DNA of 64,000 nucleotides from Macrostomum hystrix (taxonomy: Eukaryota; Animalia; Platyhelminthes): positions 5,704,001 through 5,768,000 of the forward strand of contig CATNEN010000039.1 in NCBI GenBank assembly GCA_950097015.1. The letters are read 5' to 3'. Below are positions 50,036-61,284 of this stretch, in pieces. The first letter of the stretch is position 1. The number at the start of each line of letters is the position of its first letter. Under the pieces are notes generated by a model that saw only the letters and a list, made by a program, of their open reading frames with translations, made no database searches and was not told the DNA's origin. A program made the translations under genes and the position numbers.

Positions 50036-51923
50036 ATGCAGCTTCTTGTTGAAATAATATTGCTGCACTTGGCGACGTCAGCGGCAGCGCTGCAGGCGGG
50101 CACCGTTGCGACTACTCGCTACATTGGCTGCTTCGTGGACAATCCGGGTGGCATTCGAGATCTGTCAGGTCTGGCCGGGATGACATCGTTCGGCGGCTAC
50201 ACTGTGAATCCCACCGGAGCTTTCGTGCGGAGGAACTCGGACCTGACGGTGTCCCTCTGCAGCCGCATCTGCGCACTGGACAGTTACCGCTACTTCGCCC
50301 TGCAGAACTACCATGCCTGCAGCTGCGACAACAAGTACGGACTCTATGGACCCGCGTCAGAGGCCCAGTGCAGCTTCGCCTGCACCGGAGATGCTGCGGA
50401 GGTCTGCGGCGGCGCGGCCAGAAACTCAGTCTACGAGAACCTCTACTTGACTGCCACGACTCCATCTAGTGCGTTGCTTTCGTCTATCTAATGCTTTTTA
50501 GCTGCCACCCCTTAGCACTCTGGGGTGTACCTAGTGTGGGTTGTAGCCTTGTGTGGGGTTTGTAGCCTAGTGTGGGGTTGTAGCCTAGTGGTGGCTTGTA
50601 GCCTTGTGAGGAGGTTGTAGCCTAGTTTGGGGTTATAGCCTAGTGGTGGGGTTATAGCCTAGTGGTGGGGTTATAGCCTAGTGGTGGGGTTATAGCCTAG
50701 TGGTGGGGTTGTAGCCTAGTGGTGGGGTTGTAGCCTAGTGGTGGGGTTGTAGCCTAGTGGTGGGGTTGTAGCCGAGTGGTGGGGTTGTAGCCTTGTGAGG
50801 AGGTTGTAGCCTAGTGGTGGGGTTGTAGCCTAGTGGTGGGTTTGTTGCCTAGTGGTGGGGTTGTAGCCTAGTGGTGGGGTTGTAGCCTAGTGGTGGGGTT
50901 GTAGCCTAGTGGTGGGTTATAGCCTAGTGGTGGGGTTATAGCCTAGTGGTGGGGTTGTAGCCTAGTGATGGGGTTGTAGCCTTGTGAGGAGGTTGTAGCC
51001 TAGTGGTGGGGTTGTAGCCTAGTGATGGGGTTGTAGCCTAGTGGCGGGGTCGCAGCCTAGTGGTGGGGTTGTAGCCTAGTGGTGGGGTTGTAGCCTAGTG
51101 GTGGGGTTGTAGCCTAGTGGTGGGGTTGTAGCCTAGTGGTGGGGTTGTAGCCTAGTGGTGGGGTTGTAGCCTTGTGAGGAGGTTGTAGCCTAGTGGTGGG
51201 GTTGTAGCCTAGTGGTGGGGTTGTAGCCTAGTGGTGGGGTTGTAGCCTAGTGGTGGGGTTGTAGCCTAGTGGTGGGGTTGTAGCCTAGTGGTGGGGTTGT
51301 AGTCTAGTGGTGGGGTTATAACCTAGTGGTTGGGTTTTAGCCTTGTGAGGAGTTTGTAGCCTTGTGGACTCACGACTTGAAGGTCAGGGGTTTAATTCCC
51401 GACTACACTGGAACAATTTGTGCCCTTTAGCAGGACACAATGCACCCTGTGCATTCTGTTCACCCGGCTGTTAAATGTTTACCAGTATTAGCTGAGATAA
51501 TTGAGGGTGGGTGTGGCGTCCCCCCAGTCCATGGACTAAACAGCAGTATGCAATCTTCAGATGTTCCGCGCGATAGCTGCGGCTGTGCTGACGGCTGCAC
51601 ATCTGGCCCAGTTGGGGCAGGTGAAATCAGTTATTAAGGTAGGGGTACACCCAATCAACCAACTCGCTGCTCCCACCACTCCAGTCTCAACCACCGCTGT
51701 CTTCATCAAGCTGTCTGAGCTGGATGTGTCGTCCAACTCCAGTCTGTCAAGCCGCAGCATCAGCAGCGCCATCGAGTGCGCTGCCGCCTGCCACCGCAGA
51801 CCTGACTGTCTCGCCTGCACGTTTGTGCAGTCTGGCCGGATGTGCCGCCTTCTGGACTTGGCTGCTGTGCCCAGCGAGCTGGTCGACAAGGCGCCGACAG
51901 TCTGGATCAAGCAGCGCGACTGA
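50036..51923 (+). CDS. Secreted WSC-domain + PAN/apple-like protein; exons 50036-50468, 51685-51923
   Basis: Signal-peptide-like N-terminus; WSC pattern YIGCFVD...CSRIC...YFALQ...CSC...QCSFACTGD..EVCGG..RNSVY; C-terminal ECAAAC..RPDCLACTF....C; phase-1 intron. Confidence 0.8.
50520..51365. repeat. 19-bp minisatellite (GGGGTTGTAGCCTAGTGGT) derived from the SINE A head
   Basis: About 43 copies running directly into a SINE A body. Confidence 0.96.
51350..51638 (+). mobile_element. SINE family A copy (body)
   Basis: GGACTCACGACTTGAAGGTC...TTCCCGACT...GTGTGGCGTCCCCCAGTCCATGGACT...CACATCTGGCCC. Confidence 0.85.
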
Positions 51924-53077
51924 GCCCTGGCAGCCACAATGCCATCATGATTTAAAACACATTTAAATTAATCTATGCGAATAAGCTTCAAGAGTACATC
52001 AAGCTGGACGCCTTTAGAAGAACCTGCGCCTGCGACTGTTTGTCGTACAGACTTCTCTAAAAAATAAACAAGAAACACAAAGCTAGCAAACGAAAGTCGT
52101 CATGTGTTTTTTAACTTTTCTTCGTGGACAATTTCTGAACAAAATAATGCCTTTTATCGCTGTTTTTGTATCAATTGGTCCCTTTTTATGAAAAGCGTGA
52201 CGTAATAGTTCTAATTATTTGCAACGAAAATACGAGTAGATCAAGGATGAACAAAAGCAAGACCATGGGGGGTTTCAAATCCCCCCATTCATCTTTTTTC
52301 TGTATCTCTCAAAATATTCAATTAACAGCCATGAAAAATCGAGAACACGGGCAAAACTTTTCCGCTTAATCCGAATAATATAGGCATAAATTTTCTGCTC
52401 ACAAAATTTCATCATGTAACCATATTGGCTGTATTATTGTTGGCCATATTCAATCAATTATAATGCTAATGTTTATTTTTTCAAATATATGGATCCGCCA
52501 TGTACGACATGTTTAAACAGAGCAATGTCAGCTGTCCTTGTCACGATGGTCTTCGACGAGAGTTGCTGAATATCTCGACGATGCTGACCTAAGACGGCTT
52601 AGACAGTTAAGTTCACCGTAAAGGGGGGAGAATGTTGATCCATGCGGTGGACTTTCACGAAAATCGGTGGTTCGGTTTGGGAGCTATCTTGAAGTAGGCA
52701 GCGGGTGGTGTATATAGCTGCAAGCTGAATATATAGATAGACAAAGCTGCAATTGTCTATAGTAGACAATTTCTGGGGAGTCGAGAAATTCCCAGTAGGC
52801 TCTTTTGACACCAGCGCAATACATGAACAACAAAGGCAGTCGAATACTACAATTGCTTGCGTCAAATATTCTATTGTTATCAAAATGAGTTTATGCTCAA
52901 TGCAGAACGGCAGAGATACAAAATACTTCAGACAGGGCCTTCAGGGGAAACTATTATACACTGTTCAGACAAGGCTACAGTCTTAGCCCTCCCAAGGCAC
53001 TTTGCCTTATTCGTTATTTTGAAGTCTAGCCTACTTATTTAAAGAATGTAAAAAATCAATTTATGGAAGCGACATCG

Positions 53078-56000
53078 ACACCACAGTCCTTACTATCACA
53101 CCAGTCCTTACCATCACACCAGTCCTTAGCATCACACCAGTCCTTAGCATCACACCAGTCCTTACCATCACACCAGTCCTTACCATCACACCAGTCCTTA
53201 GCATCACACCAGTCCTTACCATCACACCAGTCCTTACCATCACACCAGTCCTTAGCATCACACCAGTCCTTACCATCACACCAGTCCTTACCATCACACC
53301 AGTCCTTAGCATCACACCAGTCCTTAGCATCACACCAGTCCTTAGCATCACACCAGTCCTTACCATCACACCAGTCCTTACCATCACACCAGTCCTTAGC
53401 ATCACACCAGTCCTTACCATCACACCAGTCCTTACCATCACACCAGTCCTTAGCATCACACCAGTCCTTAGCATCACACCAGTCCTTAGCATCACACCAG
53501 TCCTTACCATCACACCAGTCCTTAGCATCACACCAGTCCTTAGCATCACACCACAGTCCTTAGCATCACACCAGTCCTTAGCATCACACCAGTCCTTAGC
53601 ATCACACCAGTCCTTACCATCACACCAGTCCTTACCATCACACCAGTCCTTACCATCACACCAGTCCTTAGCATCACACCAGTCCTTACCATCACACCAG
53701 TCCTTACCATCACACCAGTCCTTAGCATCACACCAGTCCTTACCATCACACCAGTCCTTACCATCACACCAGTCCTTAGCATCACACCAGTCCTTAGCAT
53801 CACACCAGTCCTTAGCATCACACCAGTCCTTACCATCACACCAGTCCTTACCATCACACCAGTCCTTAGCATCACACCAGTCCTTACCATCACACCAGTC
53901 CTTACCATCACACCAGTCCTTAGCATCACACCAGTCCTTAGCATCACACCAGTCCTTAGCATCACACCAGTCCTTACCATCACACCAGTCCTTAGCATCA
54001 CACCAGTCCTTAGCATCACACCACAGTCCTTAGCATCACACCAGTCCTTAGCATCACACCAGTCCTTAGCATCACACCAGTCCTTACCATCACACCAGTC
54101 CTTACCATCACACCAGTCCTTAGCATCACACCACAGTCATTAGCATCACACCATAGTCCTTAGCACCACACCAGCCCTTAGCATCACACCAGTCCTTAGC
54201 ATCACACCAGTCCTTAGCATCACACCAGTCCTTAGCATCACACCAGTCCTTAGCATCACACCACAGTCCTTAGCATCACACCAGTCCTTAGCATCACACC
54301 AGTCCTTAGCATCACACCAGTCCTTAGCATCACACCAGTCCTTAGCATCACACCAGTCCTTAGCATCACACCAGTCCTTAGCATCACACCACAGTCCCTA
54401 TAGCATCACACCAGTCCTTAGCATCACACCACAGTCCTTAGCATCACACCACAGTCCTTAGCATCACACCACAGTCCTTAGCATCACACCACAGTCCTTA
54501 GCATCACACCACAGTCCTTAGCATCACACCACAGTCCTTAGCATCACACCACAGTCCTTACCATCACACCAGTCCTTAGCATCACACCAGTCCTTAGCAT
54601 CACACCAGTCCTTACCATCACACCAGTCCTTACCATCACACCAGTCCTTAGCATCACACCAGTCCTTACCATCACACCAGTCCTTACCATCACACCAGTC
54701 CTTACCATCACACCAGTCCTTAGCATCACACCAGTCCTTACCATCACACCAGTCCTTACCATCACACCAGTCCTTAGCATCACACCAGTCCTTACCATCA
54801 CACCAGTCCTTACCATCACACCAGTCCTTAGCATCACACCAGTCCTTAGCATCACACCAGTCCTTAGCATCAAACCAGTCCTTACCATCACACCAGTCCT
54901 TACCATCACACCAGTCCTTAGCATCACACCAGTCCTTACCATCACACCAGTCCTTACCATCACACCAGTCCTTACCATCACACCAGTCCTTAGCATCACA
55001 CCAGTCCTTACCATCACACCAGTCCTTACCATCACACCAGTCCTTAGCATCACACCAGTCCTTACCATCACACCAGTCCTTACCATCACACCAGTCCTTA
55101 GCATCACACCAGTCCTTAGCATCACACCAGTCCTTACCATCACACCAGTCCTTACCATCACACCAGTCCTTACCATCACACCAGTCCTTAGCATCACACC
55201 AGTCCTTACCATCACACCAGTCCTTACCATCACACCAGTCCTTACCATCACACCAGTCCTTAGCATCACACCAGTCCTTACCATCACACCAGTCCTTACC
55301 ATCACACCAGTCCTTAGCATCACACCAGTCCTTACCATCACACCAGTCCTTACCATCACACCAGTCCTTAGCATCACACCAGTCCTTAGCATCACACCAG
55401 TCCTTAGCATCACACCAGTCCTTACCATCACACCAGTCCTTACCATCACACCAGTCCTTAGCATCACACCAGTCCTTACCATCACACCAGTCCTTACCAT
55501 CACACCAGTCCTTAGCATCACACCAGTCCTTAGCATCACACCAGTCCTTAGCATCACACCAGTCCTTACCATCACACCAGTCCTTAGCATCACACCAGTC
55601 CTTAGCATCACACCACAGTCCTTAGCATCACACCAGTCCTTAGCATCACACCAGTCCTTAGCATCACACCAGTCCTTACCATCACACCAGTCCTTACCAT
55701 CACACCAGTCCTTAGCATCACACCACAGTCATTAGCATCACACCATAGTCCTTAGCACCACACCAGCCCTTAGCATCACACCAGTCCTTAGCATCACACC
55801 AGTCCTTAGCATCACACCAGTCCTTAGCATCACACCAGTCCTTAGCATCACACCACAGTCCTTAGCATCACACCAGTCCTTAGCATCACACCAGTCCTTA
55901 GCATCACACCAGTCCTTAGCATCACACCAGTCCTTAGCATCACACCAGTCCTTAGCATCACACCAGTCCTTAGCATCACACCACAGTCCCTATAGCATCA

Positions 56001-57175
56001 CACCAGTCCTTAGCATCACACCACAGTCCTTAGCATCACACCACAGTCCTTAGCATCACACCACAGTCCTTAGCATCACACCACAGTCCTTAGCATCACA
56101 CCACAGTCCTTAGCATCACACCACAGTCCTTAGCATCACACCACAGTCCTTACCATCACACCAGTCCTTAGCATCACACCAGTCCTTAGCATCACACCAG
56201 TCCTTACCATCACACCAGTCCTTACCATCACACCAGTCCTTAGCATCACACCAGTCCTTACCATCACACCAGTCCTTACCATCACACCAGTCCTTAGCAT
56301 CACACCAGTCCTTACCATCACACCAGTCCTTACCATCACACCAGTCCTTAGCATCACACCAGTCCTTAGCATCACACCAGTCCTTAGCATCACACCAGTC
56401 CTTACCATCACACCAGTCCTTACCATCACACCAGTCCTTAGCATCACACCAGTCCTTAGCATCACACCAGTCCTTACCATCACACCAGTCCTTAGCATCA
56501 CACCAGTCCTTACCATCACACCAGTCCTTAGCATCACACCAGTCCTTACCATCACACCAGTCCTTAGCATCACACCAGTCCTTAGCATCACACCACAGTC
56601 CTTAGCATCACACCAGTCCTTAGCATCACACCAGTCCTTAGCATCACACCAGTCCTTACCATCACACCAGTCCTTACCATCACACCAGTCCTTAGCATCA
56701 CACCACAGTCATTAGCATCACACCATAGTCCTTAGCATCACACCAGCCCTTAGCATCACACCAGTCCTTAGCATCACACCAGTCCTTAGCATCACACCAG
56801 TCCTTAGCATCACACCAGTCCTTAGCATCACACCACAGTCCTTAGCATCACACCAGTCCTTAGCATCACACCAGTCCTTAGCATCACACCAGTCCTTAGC
56901 ATCACACCAGTCCTTAGCATCACACCAGTCCTTAGCATCACACCACAGTCCCTATAGCATCACACCAGTCCTTAGCATCACACCACAGTCCCTATAGCAT
57001 CACACCAGTCCTTAGCATCACACCACAGTCCTTAGCATCACACCACAGTCCTTAGCATCACACCACAGTCCTTAGCATCACACCACAGTCCTTAGCATCA
57101 CACCACAGTCCTTAGCATCACACCACAGTCCTTAGCATCACACCACAGTCCTTAGCATCACACCATAGTCCTTAA
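53078..57175. repeat. 18/20-bp minisatellite (ACCAGTCCTTA[G/C]CATCAC) with higher-order structure
   Basis: About 4.1 kb, more than 200 units; landmark variant blocks recur at 54134, 55726, 56706. Confidence 0.98.
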
Positions 57176-57926
57176 GAACTCTGTCTGTGATTTGCAAGAA
57201 CTCAAATAGGTCATATAGGGACATTGCCTTCAGCGATGGCAATCAATATTAACTTTTTCTCTTTGATGTCAAAGCAGACTGTCATTCGGTTTTTTTTTAA
57301 ATCAGCCAGTTTTGCTAGCTAGTATGAAGGTTTTGCTAGTTTTCAGAAAAAATCTACATTCAGTCACATGCGCAATCACCTTTGACGATGAAAAGGTCAC
57401 TCCTTAAAGTTTCTCAAATGAATGCTTCAATGGCCTTTGCCTCCTGATATTGCAACTACGCTTGTAGAAAAATCTAATTCAATGGACCTTGACTGTTGTG
57501 CGATACTCAAGAACTACTTTACAAGTAATGTGCAACGGCTGTTGCATCTAAAGTAGAAATACCACGGCAAGTATTTAAAATACCCACTACCTACTTTACG
57601 ATAGTTGCCAAACCAAATGACCGATTTTCGTTAAATATGGATCACCATATTATGGATCAACATTTCTACCCTTTACGGGTTGTTCATCGGGTAGAGCGGA
57701 AAAGTTTAGACCGTCTTCAGCATTTTTATGGCGATTGGTTGAGTATTTTTGGCGATACAGAAAAATGTGTGTATTTTGAAATACCCCATGGTCTTTCACC
57801 AACATTACACTATTAAGAGAAAAACTCTGTATGGCAGATGCTTGGTGACAATGGAACAGCTCACTTCCTTGTAGACTTGGTCTCAAGCTGATTATTTAAT
57901 TCTATTTTTGAGTAGCTTGCAGCCCT

Positions 57927-58367
57927 GGGCCCCGTTTCATAGAGCACTTGTCAGAGTTACAAGTGTGACAAGTGAGCAGTGAGCAGCGATTTTCGTTACA
58001 TAGAATTTTTACAAGTTACAAGCTCCAACAAGTGACAAGCGAGTAGTGACAAGTGCCAGTTACAAGCGGTTTGTTTCATAGACAGCGCGCCTGGATGAGT
58101 GAGCAGCCGTCTGGAGATGAATCAGTCTGAATAATATATTTCTTCTTGTCGAGCTTGTAACTCAGTGATCTTACGGCAGTCATAGTCACTAATCGAGTCA
58201 CTATGTTCGAGTCGGACTCCTCAGACGAGGAGGATCAGCCTCAGAACGCTGCGAGGCGACCACGAATGTTCAAATAATTGGAGGTTAGAGGCTTGGACTT
58301 CTGACCGAGAGGTCGGTAGCTCGTGTTGCTTGTTACGTGTTGCTATACCCAACATTGTGAAACGGCT
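57927..58367. mobile_element. Possible PIF/Harbinger-derived element
   Basis: GGGCCCCGTTTCATAG left end and imperfect inverted TTGTGAAACGGCT right end; internal ACAAGT repeats and a remnant ORF MFESDSSDEED...RRPRMF. Confidence 0.4.
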
Positions 58368-58562
58368 TCAAGCATCAGCGGGGATAGAAATTCGGGTGGT
58401 GTGATGTTCGGTAGTCACAGTCTACGGGATCAGAAACTGACTGTACATCAGGCAAATGCTAAGCAGCGTGTCTACGAGCTAGAATCAACCTTGAATTCTT
58501 AGAACAGAGGTGCTATACGAGCGTGTTGCTAATAGTTTTCGGTAAGGGCACATTAAAACAGT

Positions 58563-60830
58563 TCAACTATATAGGGTAGACTTGATGGCGCCGCTAGTGA
58601 ACATGATCACGACTGTGGTCATGCTCACTACAATGCCCGCCAGGCTGACGCACAGGGCCGCTTGGCCCAGCAGGCGGGCTCGCCTCAGGTGACGCCGCTG
58701 CAGCCGAACGCTACTGGCCGTGCAGCCATCCTGCAACTGCGAATGACGCCGCATGTGCCGCGTCGACAGCAGCTGCTGCTCCATGGCCAACGCCGACAGC
58801 AGCTCAGAGTGCGAGCGCAGCGAGCAAGCAAGAGCCACCAGGCCAAACGGCAAATTGATGAACACGGCGGTCAGCACGGAGACGATGAGGTAGGTTGTGC
58901 GATTCGCGTTGCCCGGCTGTGGCAGCCGGCCGTATCGGTGGAGCCCGCGCTCTCCGCCGCTGATGCTGCTGCCGTCTCGGATCAGCGTCGCCAGCTGATC
59001 GTCGTCGATGGAAGCAGAACCTGGCGGTGCTGTTGGTTGGCATAAGCGATCGGGGAATGCGACCGTCTGGTTAATTTGTAAATTAAAATTATTTAAGCCT
59101 ATGAGAGTCCAGTGCAAGAGCACTGTGTCAATATATATGACCAGGCATTGAAATTCGAGCTATACTCGTATATGCTAATCTTGTTAACGAAAAAACCTAT
59201 CGTGCTTAAATTCAAACTGGAATGGTGCTTTTATGACGAAGTTAATTACGAGTGGAAGTGTTTTATAACACAGTACAAGCAATAGTTATAAACAATGATG
59301 ATAAAAATCACATTTAAGATGGATATGCGACCCAGTTTACTGAAATTTGTGAATACTCTATGCTCTAAAACCTTTCCCGTTTGTTGCGTCTTGTTTGAGC
59401 ATTCTAAAACCGAGTGTAAAGCTGTAATCTATAGCTTTGAGACACTGAGGCCTATCCATTTAGCCCTTTTGACTCCATTTAGTTTGGAGTCAGGCATATC
59501 CCGTTAAATCCCACTTTCTATTCCGTGCATCCCAAGGGTAACAGGGCGTATCGATCACTAAGCGAGGGCTGTTGCAGCAGTCGAGCCTGCGACAGCCTGC
59601 AGTGTTTGCAGCCGCTAGCTTTCACTCATTCTGGGGCCGCTTCTTCCTCATATAGAATGGATTGATCAGTCAGTGCTCAAACTCTGCTGATATGATCTGT
59701 CAGTGACAGCTGGCCGATGCTTGATAAAGGAAAGCCAAATTGTTAGAGATATGCGTGAACTAATTCCCTAGGATATGAAAATTTGTTTCGCATATTTCAT
59801 TTGTTAAGATTGTCAGGTCCCGACTCGACCTGAGCCACTGCACTCGTACTGTAAATAGTTTTGTACGCAACAGTACATAATACCTGACACAGAGTCATGC
59901 ATGCTTAACTAAGTGGGATGAATGAACTGACATGTACAAGCTGAACTAGCTTTGATTTCTGCAATCGCATTTATGACGACGCGATTCGTCATAGCACCAT
60001 TGTGCACCAAGTAAATTACATATGCCTACATTTACATGCATAAATTGCATGCATTTTTAGACGACAGGTAGCAGCTCCGAAACTTCGGTGCAGAGGATAA
60101 ATGACTTCAAGTACGTTCTGCATTCTTTCCACTAGAGTAACTACGTATGTAGTTTGGCCTGACTTAAACACTGCCAGTACAAGTACAAGTGCCTATGGTA
60201 CAAGTGCAGCAGAACACATGGTACAAGGCAGCTGGACACATGGTACAAGAGCAGCTGAATACACGGTACGAGGCAGCTGGACACACGGTACAAGAGCAGC
60301 TGAACAAACGGTACAAGGCAGCTGGACACATGGTACAAGAGCAGCTGAATACACGGTATGAGGCAGCTGGACACACGGTACAAGAGCAGCTGGACGCATG
60401 GTACAAGAGCAGCTGGACACACGGTACAAGAGCAGCTGAATAAACGGTACAAGGCAGCTGGACACTCGGGTACATGAGCAGCTGGACACATGGTACAAGA
60501 GCAGCTTGACACTCGGGTACATCAGCTAATGGTGCATGGTCTCTACTCTATGCCCAAGACGCCTTAGCCGACTACCATAATGATCGGACCCTACAGTATG
60601 TACATGTAGATCGATAGCAGCTGCGAGTGAATGGCTCGGACAGCTGGTCACAATGAGTCCACAGACCACAGCACATACTGCATACCTTCAGCCTGCTCCA
60701 GGAGGCACAATCGGCACTTGCAGACTTCAACAGTGTCCAGCTGGTGTGAAGTCGGCATTTCACCGGCCTCGATGGCAGCAGTATATGCAGAGTGTCGCGC
60801 TGGACCAGCTGGCTCTGCAGGAGCAGCCAT
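58563..60830 (-). CDS. CD225/dispanin-family membrane protein; exons 60830-60686, 59029-58563
   Basis: YLIVSVLTAVFINLPFGLVALACS...RARLLGQAALCVSLAGIVV two-hydrophobic-segment pattern; phase-1 join GAAG|GT...CAACAG|CA. Confidence 0.75.
60190..60522. repeat. ~21-23-bp compound minisatellite (GGTACAAGAGCAGCTGGACACAT)
   Basis: Alternating variants in the dispanin intron. Confidence 0.93.
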
Positions 60831-61284
60831 CACACTACGTGAATTCGTATTGCCACGATAATAATTATTTATTATCCTGCAGCATTCGGGCGCTGATTGG
60901 TTGATGCGTTTGATTGGACAAAAGAGCATTGCTAGTTCGCACAGAGAATATTTTCTGTTGGCAATATGTACAAGTAACAGCGTCAGCTAGCAGAAAATCA
61001 TTAATGAAAGAATGGTCACGGGTTGTGTTTGGGCAATCAAGCATCAATAGAAACTTATCAGCAGTTTGCCGCATAAACAGCACTCAGTTTATTTCTTCCA
61101 AGTAATTTATAGCCGGCCAAAATAGAAGTTCAGTTATAAATTACCAGTAAAACAAGGGTAAAAAGTGTTAACTATAACAAATCTATGAAAATTCCTGCTC
61201 AAAATGAGAGAAAATAGCACAGTGGAGTAGCTGTAACGAGTCAGAAGGCACAGTAGAAGCTGCTCTTTGTCAGCAGAAGTTGCG

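Noticed and set aside
53061-56591. (MLRTGV/MVRTGV)n ORFs
   Set aside because: Translation of the 18-bp satellite; the frame is repeatedly broken by 20-bp units.
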